A stretch of DNA of 63,215 nt, the filler included, from Octopus bimaculoides (taxonomy: Eukaryota), in NCBI RefSeq assembly GCF_001194135.2. It is 4 parts of 4 records of this genome, joined end to end, with 100 filler letters (N's around TTAATTAATTAA, not from the genome) between each part and the next. Parts side by side here need not be neighbours in the genome. Positions count along the whole stretch, not along the records: positions 1 to 30,907 come from NC_068986.1; 3 more parts are not named here. The stretch is one strand, 5' to 3'. The notes beneath the pieces are model-generated. The model was not told where the DNA came from and did not search any database. It saw only the letters and a list, made by a program, of their open reading frames with translations. Both the position numbers and the translations under genes were made by a program. The number at the start of each line of letters is the position of its first letter. Within the stretch, counting starts at the first letter, position 1. Shown piece after piece: positions 12,167 to 24,448 of the stretch.

Positions 12167-12406
12167 TATTGGGTTGTCTGGAAGGTTCGTGCCGATTTAT
12201 AGTAACTTTACCTTTCAACTTATTTGCCATGGAACCACCTCAATTCTGGGAAGAGGGTATTTTCAAGTTAAAGGAAAGATGGAGACACATTGTGCAACAA
12301 AATGGTTCATATTTGGTTGATTAAAAATGTAATGGCAAGTATTTGTTGACCTTTTTTTTTTTTTCCCCCTTTAAAAATCGGCAAGAACTTTCTGGACAAC
12401 TCAGTA
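12167..12406 (+). mobile_element. Mariner-derived MITE
   Basis: TIRs TATTGGGTTGTCTGGAAGGTTCGTGCCGATT / rc TACTGAGTTGTCCAGAAAGTTCTTGCCGATT, TA flanks. Internal remnant encodes transposase C-terminus ERWRHIVQQNGSYLVD*. Confidence 0.85.
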
Positions 12407-12630
12407 TAAAGCGAGCTATTTGTCAGGAAAAACTTACAACTGAAAAGAGTTGATTCTGTTCACTTGATGTACATCAGAAAGTTACAAACCTATCATAAGA
12501 ACCTGAGTGTAGCAAGCAGCATAATGCATCCAGAAAAATGTCAGTAAAACTGAGAGTAACAACTAAGATAAAAATGATGTCCCAGGTGCACAAAATCTGT
12601 TTAAAAAATACTGCACAAGAAAAAATAAAC

Positions 12631-12900
12631 TGTAGGCATGGGTGTGTGGTAAGAAGCTTGCTTTCCCAACAACATGGTTCCAGGTTCAGTTCCACTGCTT
12701 GGCACCTTGGACAAAGTGTCTTCAATAGCTTTGGCTGACTGAAGCCTTGAGTGGATAGCAAACAAGTTCAATAGAATAAGTACCTGGCTCTTAAAAACAA
12801 GAAGTACTGGTGTTGATTCATTTGACTAGAAACTTTCTTCAAGGTGGTGCCCCAGCATGGCTGCAGTCTACTGACTGAAACAAGTAAAAAAGATAAAAGT
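12631..12900 (+). mobile_element. tRNA-derived SINE family A (internally deleted, diverged)
   Basis: Head gtgtgtggtaagaagcttgctt...ggttccaggttcagttcc; tail gcagtc...tgactgaaacaagtaaaa. Homologous to 38782-39220. Confidence 0.8.
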
Positions 12901-14063
12901 TGATGACATAAATATCTAAATTCAAGACTAAAAGCATTAAAAACACTGGGATTAATTGATTTTATTATTCTCCACCCCTTAGACATATAGTGATGGTTCA
13001 GGAAATGTTCTTAATACCAAGTCACTGAAGACCCAGCTTTCCAGATCATACTCAAATAAACACTAGACAGATCCTGTCATACAATGCAACACAACAATTC
13101 CACAATGTTGTTACTGCTTTAAACAGCAAGATATTCAGTTCATACCCCATATGGTACTTATTTTCAGTCAGGTGGACTGAGCCAATTTTAGAATTAATTA
13201 GTATACAGTGTTGTTGGTGGTGACAGGCTACAAACCACTGACCACTTAACTGAGTGTCTTCTACACTATTCACTAAGCCCTCAATGTTCTCACAAGTGAC
13301 TGAAAATTAATGATATATTACTAAATACTTCTAGGAGAGACATGTAAGGACAATGGATGTTGCTTACTACTTAGAATGTATTTTAAGTTTGTCAGTCCTA
13401 GTTGAGTAGACCTTTAGTCAAAATCATTCCAGCTATGACAATACCAGTTTTTTATTTTTTATATTTTTCTCAGAATTAATTAATGTAAGTAGGGCTATGC
13501 CATCAAATGCATTTTTCCTTTTGATGAGATGATAGCATGTGACTTGAGGGAAATTTGACTGCTATTTTCAGCATGGTGAGTGAACATGTACAGGCTCCTT
13601 GATTCATGGTAGTCTGTATTAGAGGAAAGTGAAAGACTTGAGAGAATCTGCTAGATTTCATCTTAAAACATTGAACTCTTAAATGAGATGACATGACATC
13701 AACACACTTAGGGAGCTGATGATGTATCAGGTCAGCCCTGACCAAGCAGTCGTATAGCTTGTAGATGACTGGCAAACCATAGATCCATTTTCTCATCCTG
13801 TACCATGTCTTTGTCCAGCTGACAGTTACAATATTTGATCAGAAATTCAATGTTAAAAGGCAAAGACATAAGGGTACAGTGTGACAGTATGAGTATAGCA
13901 AAGAAGCCTTTATGCAGGCTTGCAAGAAATTGATTCCAAATCTCCAAACACTTCTCTACCAATACTTATACTGGTAGGTCACAGAAATTTGTCGGGATTT
14001 TCTACTTGGTATTCCATCACGTGTCTAAAAAGCAGTGAAATTCATTCAAATTTCAAAAATTTC

Positions 14064-14421
14064 AGGCAAGACTGCTTCCCAACAACCTGGTTCCAGGTTC
14101 AGTCCCACTGCATGGCACCTTAGGCAAGTGTCTTCCACTATAGCCTTGGACCAACCAAAGCCTTGTGAGTGGATTTGGTAGATGGAAACTGAAAGCAGCC
14201 CATCAAATATCTGTGTGTCTGTGTTTGTTTGCCCCCACTGCTTCACGACTGGAGTTGGAGTGTTTATATTCCCATAACTTAGTGGTTCAGCAAAAGAACT
14301 GATAGAATAAATACTAGATTTAAGAAATCAAAACCTGGGGTTGATTTGCTCGACTACAACCCTTCAAGACAGTGCCGCAATATGGTTGCAGTCAAATGAC
14401 TGAAACAAGTAAAAGATAAAC
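14064..14421 (+). mobile_element. tRNA-derived SINE family A (diverged)
   Basis: Collinear with 38782-39220; CpGs mostly decayed to TpG/CpA. Confidence 0.85.
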
Positions 14422-14744
14422 AATAGTTGTTGGGGAAGAATTGAGATAGGAAAAAAAACCCTGTGATAGAAAATATTTTTTGTGCTAATTCAAATAACAT
14501 TGGAATGGTTTAAAATACTTGAAAAATAAATTCATCTGACAAACCGATATCATCATCATCATAATCATTTAAATATACATCTTTTCATACTTGCATGGGT
14601 TGAATGGAATTTATTGAGACAGATTTTCTATAGCTGGATGCTCTTCCTATCTTCAAACTTTACCTGTGTCCAAGCAATATCAGACATGTTTTTTGCAGAA
14701 TATTGAAATGTTTACAACTTTATGCAATGTCAAGGCAGAGGAGA

Positions 14745-14882
14745 CACCAACATGCATATACATACACCTATATATATATATATTATACATATATATTTAT
14801 ATATTATATATATATTATACATATATATATTTATATATATATATTATACATATATATATTTATATATATATATATATTATAC

Positions 14883-14913
<31 letters not shown>

Positions 14914-15110
14914 TTACATATATATTATATATATATGTGTATATATTATATATATATATGTATATATATCATATATATATATATGTGTATATATATATAT
15001 ATATTATATATATTATACATATATATATATATATATATATTATACACATATATATATATTATACATATATATATATATATATGTATATAATATAGATATA
15101 TTATATATAA
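14745..15110. repeat. Complex (TA)n/(TATAC) microsatellite field
   Basis: Seen directly; source of the YIYI ORFs. Confidence 0.95.
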
Positions 15111-16350
15111 TTTTGCCCAAGATGGCATACAATGGGACTGAACCTAAGACAATATGGTTAGGTTGGGAATTACACTTCTTAACCACATAGTCATGTCTGT
15201 GCTTATATATACACAGGGGGAAAATTAATACTACCAGAAAAGAAGACAGGATACTCATAGCTAGAAGACTGGTATAACAATGTGTATTTGACACAGAAAT
15301 ATTTATCACATGTATAAACATTGCCAAAGAATGACTGGTTATGAATCTGTACAAAATGGAGATAAAATACAATAAATACACCCAAAATGGTCTCTTACAA
15401 AATATTCCCACAAACAACAACAATGCTTGAAAATAATCCAGGAAATATACAATGGTAGCGGAAATTGTCAGTGAAACTGGTAATAACAACAACAATGATA
15501 ATGATGATGATGATAATAATAATAATAATGATAATGCTTTATGTTTGATTAGAATACATTTAAAAATAAACACTTTGCACATAAAAAATAAACTGTAAAG
15601 ATGACAAAAATTTCTCGATTCCACAGTGCCATACTAAAGGCATCAAAAGCACCATGGAATTAAACGATTTTATCATTTTGCCCACCCCTCCTTGACAGTC
15701 ATGTAGTTGATGATCCAGGAAACATTCTTGTTATCAGAACACCAAACACACAGCATTCCTGATCAAGACTAGACAAACTACTTTTTACAATGTGGTGGTT
15801 AGTTTTATTATATATAAATTAGAACTCGCATTCAGAATGTAGATGTCACAAATGACATTTGTAAGCCTATAGGAAATGAGATTACAATAAAAATGCAGGA
15901 CTTCAAAATAAAACACCAGCAACACTAAGTACATTATTATAATGACCACTGAACTCAACAAATTTTTTTCATTCTCTCTCTATTTCCTCTTATACCTTTC
16001 TCTCAAAGAGCATAGGCTCAAAATGTAAAAGACTTTACCATTCTTCCCGAGCATCAAACTAATGCACTTGCTTGTTGTTCCTACACCTATCTTCGTCTTT
16101 GTTTTTCTATAAATTTGAATTATATATATATATAAGTGGACAAATGAAAGAAAGGGCACTCAACACATTTATTGGGAGTTACATGTATTATTCAAAACAG
16201 TTTGATTTGGATTAAGAGCTACTTCAAGGTTTGAAGCCCCCTGACAGAGCCTCTCCTCAGGCCGGTGAGAATATATGTATACATACACACATACATACAT
16301 ACACACACACACACATATATATATATAGAGAGAGAGATAGATAGATTATT

Positions 16351-16470
16351 TTAGAGGTAAAATAAAAACCAAGGCAGAACAAGTATCCCAGGTCACTTAG
16401 AATAATTTAATTAGGGTAAGGTAAATGACCTGAGATACTCGTTCTGCCTTGGTTTTAATTCTTCCTCTAA
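16351..16470. mobile_element. Small hairpin/MITE-like element (~49-bp inverted arms, 22-nt spacer)
   Basis: ttagaggtaaaataaaaaccaaggcagaacaagtatcccaggtcactta versus rc of 16422-16470 ttagaggaagaattaaaaccaaggcagaacgagtatctcaggtcattta (~6 mismatches). Confidence 0.75.
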
Positions 16471-16597
16471 TATATACATGTTATAATGGAACCCTAAAAT
16501 GGATTCTTAGAGCCAGCCTTAGCTGTGATCTTGGAACCTAATAGTCAACCAGCTTCATTTAGATCACAAGTGAACTAAACCCCTTATATTCTTTATA

Positions 16598-16630
<33 letters not shown>

Positions 16631-16632
<2 letters not shown>

Positions 16633-16843
16633 TTCTTTATTGCCCACAGGAGGCTAAACATAGAGGGGACAGACAAAGGGATTAAGTCGATTACATCGAT
16701 TTCAGTGTATAACTGATACCTATTTAACTGACCCTGAAAGGACAAAAGGCTAAATTGACCTCGCCAGAATTTTGAACTCAGAACATAGTAGCAGACAAAA
16801 TACCACTAAGCATTTTGCCCGGTGTGCCACTGCCAGCTTGTCG

Positions 16844-16845
<2 letters not shown>
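16631..16845 (-). mobile_element. tRNA-derived SINE family B (diverged)
   Basis: Reverse-complement homologue of 34021-34237. Confidence 0.85.
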
Positions 16846-16876
<31 letters not shown>

Positions 16877-16878
<2 letters not shown>

Positions 16879-17282
16879 GCACAGGCATGGCTGTGAGGTG
16901 GTAAGAAGATAGCTTTCCAACCACATGGTTTCAGGTTCAGTCCAACTGCATGCCACCTTAAGCAAGTACTTTCTACTACAACTCCAGGCCAACCAAAATC
17001 TTGTGAGTGGATTTGGTAGACAGAAACTGAAAGAAATCCGTCAAATACATATATATATGTGTATGTGTGTGTGTCTGTGTTTGTCCACCTACCATCACTT
17101 GACAACCAATGCTGGTGTGTTTAAGTCCCCATAACTTAGTGGTTTGACAAAAAGTTAGATAGAATAAGCATTGAGCTTACAAAGAATAAGTCCTGGGGTC
17201 GATTTGTTCAACTAAAACCCTTCAAGGTGGTGCTCCATCATGGCCGCAGTCAAATGACTGAAACAGTCAAAAGAATAAAAGA

Positions 17283-17283
<1 letters not shown>
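16877..17283 (+). mobile_element. tRNA-derived SINE family A, near full length
   Basis: Collinear with 38782-39220 from head to gaataaaagaat tail. Confidence 0.88.
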
Positions 17284-17316
<33 letters not shown>

Positions 17317-20300
17317 CATCATCATCATCATAATTTTACTTTTGTTTTCCGTGCTAGCATGGCTTGAATGGTGTGATAGAATCCATTAGTTTGCTGGAGG
17401 ATGACATTTTGTTACACACGCATGCACACTCACACACACATACACACATCCTCATCATCATCATCACTATTCTTCCATCACCTTACCCATCCCAGCTACA
17501 ACACTTTTTAGCATTTTCACAAGCATCATTATAAAGGGAGATTTCAATGCCTGCAAAATCTCCTGGTTTTCAAACAATACAGATAATAAAAGAGGTAACA
17601 TAACATGTTAAAACTAAACTCCCTTTATATTTTAAACAATTCGCACAAACATACACACATACAAACCAACTGTAAGAGCCCAGACATCATATTCTGTGCC
17701 AAAACATTATGCTTAAAAATGATGAGGTAACTTCCATCAAGAATAGCAGCAATCCTGAGAATTAATAACATAATCAATCACCTTTTGTGAATATATTGTT
17801 AATTCTTTGTGATTTTTTTGAAGTTTGTAAAAATGTTTTTTGTTTTCATCATTGATGTGTGATTGTGTTGTGATGATTTGAAGAAAGTTAGGGAAGAAAT
17901 ACACATGCAAGAAAATAATTTTAGATATATCCAAAAGGCATATCTCACAAGCAATGTAACAAAAAATCTAACTCCAGTTATACGGAAGATACAGCCAATA
18001 TCATAGAAACCTGACCCAACCTCAAACACAGTATACTGAAGCGACACAAAAATGAAATAAACTTCAAGCATAATATATTAGGAAACTACACACAGATGAA
18101 ATAAAACTTCAAACATATTACAATGAATTTACTCTCAGGCAAAATAAGCTTGTAACAGATACACCAAAACCACATACAACTGAAATAAAACTAAACATGA
18201 AAATAAAAAAGAAAAGAACTATTCAGAAACTAACCAACAATCTGTATCCAACATAAACCACAAAATTAACACTAAAACACTACACAGAGTAATTAGCAAC
18301 ATCAGCAGTAACAATTACACCATGATACAATTGCAATGTCAAATACTATACCCATTCTGCAAAACTAAAAAACCTTATCAACATTTCTTGAAAATCAACC
18401 ATTAAAAAAGAAACACTAAAACAAAAATAAATATACTTTCCACCAAAACCATGATTTTCTCCACTTCTTGACTTCATCAGACACATGAAAGGCAAAAAAT
18501 CTAAAGATTATCAGGGCCAGATAAAATTAAAAACGTAAACCTAAAAGACAAAGGCTGAAGAAATCACTGTACTTACTAACATTTACAAATACTCTTACAA
18601 TGAGTGAGTCTCTGTATGGTTGCTCAACCTGCTAGATATAGCAGCTAAATCTCCCTCAAATCACATTCTGCCATTTTACAAAAGCAGAGAAAAGTTACAT
18701 TAGATTATGCATTCCTAGGCATCCTAAAAATAACCAGATGGGTATGGCTTGAGTGCTTTTGACCATAACAACAATTATTTGTAACAATAATGCCAAATTC
18801 TCAGGCTCTGGAATCTGAGAAAAATTAAAAAGCCCAACAAAAATTCATGTGAAAACTTTATACAAGACCATCACTTCCTATATACATCATCAAATATTTT
18901 AGAAAGGCACAGATTCTTGTCTCAGCAACTTTCAGTGTCAGTAGTCCCTGTCACTACATGAAAACTCCTTTTCAAACAGCCAGACACACAAACAACAGTG
19001 TAAAACACAACTACAACAACCTAAAAGCATTGTCTCTCTTTCCCACCCAACCCAAACAAGTGTAAGGAACACATATACAGAAATAGCTTCACTGACCCCA
19101 ATCACCATTTTAGGATGCACACTTCCAGCAATAAGTGCTGAGAAGCAACAACTGTTGTGCTCCATCTGAGTCTACTTTACTCATTCTCACTGTGGCTACC
19201 ACCAGAATCTACTGTCATATAGGAATTAACTGGACAATGGGGGAAAGATGATATATTAGCTCCATGCAAATATGGTAAAATATGATACATTAACTAAAAT
19301 GATGTTGAAGAACCAGCAGATGTTCTTTTAGTCAAAGAAAAAATAAATGTGAGATTTTCTTCTTATCTAAGAAACCATCATTGGTATTAATTTTGTAGTC
19401 AGAAGCTGGATTTTCCTTTAGTGAGTTCATATCTTGATAAGCACATATGACCTTGCCTGATTACTCCAGATGAGTTCTCTAGCGAATAATTCTGATTGTT
19501 AGAACCACATTTATAAATACACAAATGGTTACATGTCTAAAATGGTTACTTGTCTCATCAACAAATGTTTATTAACCCACAGAAAGAAAGCCTCTTTATA
19601 GCTGCACAGTGTACTCAATTGAGGGAGCCACTATTTTGTCACTCAACCTGCAAGAAGCAGCACGCAAATTCCCCTCAAATCAGACCATGCTGTTTTATAT
19701 TTATTTCTTTTTAAGTCATGGCTTTGATAGAGGAAGAATGGCATTGTGCCCATGAAGCATTTTTGCAGGAGTTCCAAGACCATTTAAATGGAAGAAAGAA
19801 ACCATGACTCATGGGTTATTATCAGACAGCTAGCCTGGTCTAAACACTTGCAAACAAATGGACATCACTAAAAGTACAAAGAACCAAGTGTTGGTCTTAA
19901 ACCAGACACAGGTGAGCCTAAGACACAGAGAAAAGGGATACATCATCATTGTTGTCACTTAATGTCCATCATCCATGGTGGTATATGTTGAATAGTTTGA
20001 CAGGAGCTGGCAAGTCAGAGGACTGTACCAAGGCCTACTGTCTGTTTTGGTATGATTTTTATGGCTGAATGCCTTTCCTGATGCCAACCACTTTACAGAG
20101 TGCACTGGGTACTTTTTATGTGGCACCAGCACCAGCATACATTGGCTAATATAGCTCAAGATACACAATATCTTAAGGTATGTGGTGGTCATGAATGGAA
20201 TGTTTTTGGTCATCAGTTTGCTTAGTCATGCAGGCTTAGGGCTGAACAACAATAATCTGCTTGATCTAACTGACAATTCTATTTCAATGACTTCCTTACA

Positions 20301-21162
20301 TTATTTTAATCATTTATCCTTCAGATTACTCTGTCAACTGTAATGCTTCTTTATTCACATTGTTTTGAATTAATCATGTGTTATCTCATAGCTTCAAGAT
20401 TTTGATGATATGATTGTTTATTTTTAGAATAACATTGTCGCGTAGATGTGAGAAGCTGGATGTGGTCAGTTTGGATATGATACAGGTGGAATATTTTGGT
20501 CAGATATGACCAGTTTAAATGTTAGAGGGTTAAACATATTTCAGATTTTATGCTCATAATGAAGAGAGAATGATAACAATTAGAATATCAATCAAACGAT
20601 GAAACCAAGAGGATGATGAGTGACACTGTCATAAAAGCAGTGTCATCCATTTTCAGTGTTCTCTGAGAACATATCTTGCCATGGGAAAATGTTACTTTGT
20701 TTGGAAACAGGTGACAGTTGGTGATAGAAAGGGCATCCAGCCATAGAAAATTTACCTTAATAATCTGTCTGATTGATGCAAGCATGGAAAAATGGATGTT
20801 AAAAAGAGAATGATGATGACGATGACAATCACGATGATGATGGTAGTGGTTGTAATGGTGATGTTGAGGAGGAGGAGAAGGAAGAAGGCATACAAAAGTC
20901 TTGGAACAACCCTTTCTGCCAGACCAAACTGAAAAAAAACAAACCAAAGAAATAGCAGATATGATGGGCATCATAACTGCTATTTCTTTCATATTGTATT
21001 CACCAGTGATATAATATAGGTGCTGGCATGATGTATGGTTGAGCAATTTGCTTCCTAAGTACATGGTTTGAGGTTCAGTTCCACAATGCAGCACCCTGGG
21101 AAAATGCTTTCTACTATGAAGGTGCTGGAGTGGTTGTGTGAGTGAGAAGTTCACTTCCCAGC

Positions 21163-21387
21163 TATGAAGGGGGGGGGGGGTTGTTGAAAAGTTTCTGGTT
21201 TTAAGGGCATCGAGAAAAGCCTAGACAGAAGCTCAACCTTTTGAATTCTTTTACAAGGCTTAGAAAAGTTAAAGGACCACTGCAATAAATTTGAATCTGA
21301 GAGGGGAATATGTTGATAAAATCATAATTAACTGATCCTCCTATATTTTCTTTTACCTAAAGCCAGGAACTTTTCAGCACCCCTTGT
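21163..21387 (+). mobile_element. Mariner-derived MITE
   Basis: TIRs aaggg...ttgttgaaaagtttctggttt / rc aaggggtgctgaaaagttcctggcttt. Internal NLRGEYV(D) transposase C-terminal remnant. Confidence 0.75.
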
Positions 21388-21454
21388 GTGTAGTTTAGGT
21401 TCATTCTCACTATGTGGTACTTTGGGCAAGTGCCTCCTATTATAGCCCCAGGCA

Positions 21455-21774
21455 GCGATCTTACGATACGAGTCCTAAATATTGGCCTTTTCCGTAAAAA
21501 GTGTCTTCGGCGATCTTTACCAAAGATTGGCCTTTTCCGTAACACCTGCACGATCTTCACTACGGTGTTAGGGTTAGGGTTTTAGTGTCAGGGTTAGGGT
21601 TAGGGTTACGGTTAGGAACAGAATTCCCTAACCCAAACCCTAAAACCTAAACCCTAACCCCTTCAAAATAAATCGCGCTCTCTGTATGTCTTTCACTTTT
21701 ATGACGTCGTTTCTCTGTTTCTCTCCAACACTTACGGAAAATGCCGATATTTAGGACTCGTACCATAAGATCGC
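21455..21774. mobile_element. MITE/foldback element with ~50-bp TIRs and internal (TTAGGG)-like then (CCCTAA)-like repeats, inserted in a SINE
   Basis: gcgatcttacgatacgagtcctaaatattggccttttccgtaa versus rc gcgatcttatggtacgagtcctaaatatcggcattttccgtaa. Telomere-like tracts at 21568-21616 and 21625-21660. SINE family A sequence resumes on both sides. Confidence 0.8.
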
Positions 21775-22100
21775 CCCCCAGGCTATAATGAATGAATTTG
21801 GTTGATGGAAACTGAAAGATACCATCATATCTGTATAACAACTAAAATTTGAAGTCTGTTTTTCAGTATGCGTGTTTTCTATTTTTAGACTAAACAATGG
21901 TATGATAAATATATAAAATGGGTATGTATCATTTCTTTTTTCCCAAAAGCAAAATTTGTGTTTCCCCCTGTCCAAATTTTCAGTTTCACTTAAGTTTGAC
22001 ACGCCTAAACATGTACAAACTCCACCCGCCATCAGTAAATATTTTATTGTTTTTCAGTAAGTTGATCAACAATAAAAAATAATACATGCATGTATGTTTA

Positions 22101-22356
22101 TATTAGGTTGGTACATAATTATTGTGGCTTTTTTTCAATAAATTTTATTCAATAAAACATTTAACAACATTTAACAAAAACATCTTTAAATGGTTATTCC
22201 GACCGGCTGCCAAGCAAATGGGAAGCAGTAATTGAAGTAGATGGTGAATATGCTCTGGAATAATTATTTAAAGCGTTTTTTGTTAAAAGTTGTTATTGTT
22301 TTTGTTGAATAAAATTTATTGAAAAAAAAAGCCTCAATGATTATGCACCAACCTAA

Positions 22357-22358
<2 letters not shown>
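22101..22358 (+). mobile_element. Mariner MITE with Hsmar1/cecropia-like TIRs
   Basis: TATTAGGTTGGTACATAATTATTGTGGC / rc TATTAGGTTGGTGCATAATCATTGAGGC. Internal WEAVIEVDGEYALE* C-terminal remnant. Confidence 0.88.
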
Positions 22359-22389
<31 letters not shown>

Positions 22390-23030
22390 CATACACACAC
22401 ACACACACATACTCTCACACACACATATATAAATGTGAGTGTATGTGGTTATGTGTGTTTAACCCAGAAAATCTCTGAAATGGCACACCCTTGAGAAAAA
22501 CAAATTTGATTTTTGAAATCTGTATCTCAAAGAAAAGGTCTTCCATAAATAATAATAAAAATTATAATTTACTATGAGAAATAGCTTAATGTTTAGATCA
22601 ACAACTCTCTCACTCTCTATTTTTCGCTACCAATGTATCTCTCTCTATATATTTATCATACTCTTTGACACTCACTCTCTCTGTATATGTATTAACTCTC
22701 ACACATTGCATTCATTTTGTTTAAAATCTCTTCGAATGTTTACTTTGATTTCATCACGACTATTACGCACAAATCTTGTTACTGATTGAATAAAAATTAT
22801 CAAATTTTAAACCTCTGTAACATTTTTCTAAACTTTTTCTGGAATAATGAATCCCAAACTCAAATTCAGCATAAAAAAGTACATCAATATACAAAATTTG
22901 AAAATTTTCACTTAATCTTAAAATTTCAAAATTTGTGACAGCAACAGAAAAGATCTCCCTCGGTCTCTTTCATTTTTCACTTTTCTCGTAGTAAACTTTC
23001 ATTCTCTCACTACCACATTCTCTATAAAAG

Positions 23031-23939
23031 TACAAGGTGGTACCAAAAGGTTCCCAAACTAGTTATGTTTAATAAAAAATAACTTATTTACCTAAGTTTT
23101 AATTTTATCTCCTCCAAAATAGCCACCTTGGGCAATAATATATCAGTCCCAGCATTCTTGCTATTTTTGGAATCCAAACTGAAAGTCATTTTCTGTAAGC
23201 AAGTCAAGGACCTTCTATGATTCACACTGGATCTTGAGAACAGTGTTAAAAGGGTGACCTTAGAGCTGCTTTTTCATCTTGGGTAAGACAGGAAAGTTGA
23301 CAGGTGCTAAATCTGGTGAATAGGGCAGGTGTGGAAGTGACACTGTTGTTTTTGGCTGGAAACTCATGAGCGAGGAGAGCTCAATGAAAGGGTGCATTGT
23401 CATCGTGAAGGATCCAATTCTTTGCACTTCACACATCTGGTAGCATTCGCCAAATGTCCTCCCTCAAATGCTTCAGAACATTACAGTAGAATTCTCGATT
23501 GATGGTCTGGCCCCAGGGAATGAATTCTCAATGCACAATACTACATTTTCAGACACTTATGGCAGATTTTCCAGATTGCTCATCGTCTTCCAGGGACATT
23601 CTTCTGCTTATGAAGTGCCCACACCACTTGAAACATTGCGTATGACCCATTGCCTTGTCACCGTAAGTTTGCCAAAGCATGCTCAATGTCTCTGTAGCAG
23701 ACTTCCCAAGTTTGGCACAAAATTTCATGTTGGCTTTTTGTTCATGGACAAAAATCATGGACTACAGCATACACATGATCAAAAAAACACAAATTTCACA
23801 ACTTGCAAAATACAGAGATATCACTCAGCACACTGCTTCATGAAGGTCACTGCTAGCTCTCACTGGACATGTAACTGTGTGCTGCCATCTGTTGGCATGC
23901 TACAGAACTTATCTGGGGACGTTTTGATATCACCTCATA
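23031..23939 (-). mobile_element. Internally deleted mariner transposon with decayed transposase N-terminus
   Basis: Degenerate TIRs (tacaaggtggtaccaaaaggttccc / rc tatgaggtgatatcaaaacgtcccc). ORF 23549-23758 EQKANMKFCAKLGKSATETLSMLWQTYGDKAM...FKWC..F...RMSLEDDEQSG is a mariner paired-HTH. Confidence 0.88.
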
Positions 23940-24235
23940 TATTGCTCATGCTAAGTGTGTGCATGTTTGTCAGTGTGTGTGTGTGTATGCATTTGTATAA
24001 AGAATTGTATTAAGGCAACACAGTGATTTAAAAGAGGTAGGTAAATGGTAATTCATTTTCATAACATACTTTTCTGTTAGTAAATATGTTTTTTGTTATA
24101 CACACATGCACACACATAGCCTCACTTGATATGTGGAGTGGGGGATTAGAAATTTAAATTATAAATGTTTTTGTTGTTGTTTACATACCAGTAACATCAT
24201 CATTCCAGAAAATATGTTTATGGGGGGGGGGGAAT

Positions 24236-24448
24236 ATTCTTTTCTACTCTAGGCACAAAGCCCGAAATTTTGGGGGAGGGGGCCAGTCGATTAGATTGAC
24301 TCCAGTACATAACTGGTACTTCATTTATTGACCTTGAAAGGATGAAAGGCAAAGTTGACCTCAGTGGAATTTGAACTCAGAACATAAAGACAGATGAAAT
24401 ACTGCTAAACATTATGCCTGGTGTGCTAACATTTCTGCCAGCTCACCG
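24236..24448 (-). mobile_element. tRNA-derived SINE family B (alternative 3' tail), diverged
   Basis: Shares head and body with 34021-34237; tail ...ccctcccccaaaatttcgggc(c/t)ttgtgcctagagtag. Confidence 0.85.

Noticed and set aside
13474-13575. Possible exon (ttttctcag| ... atg|gtgagt)
   Set aside because: The acceptor's pyrimidine tract appears to be a repeat tail, there are stops in all frames, and a competing donor lies 11 nt in; too weak.
14666-15190. [12 protein letters not shown]-type ORFs here and throughout, and all X-filled ORFs
   Set aside because: Translations of dinucleotide microsatellites or N gaps.
21568-21660. Ancestral telomere-telomere fusion site
   Set aside because: The repeats are short, degenerate and enclosed by TIRs inside a SINE, so a mobile element explains them better.
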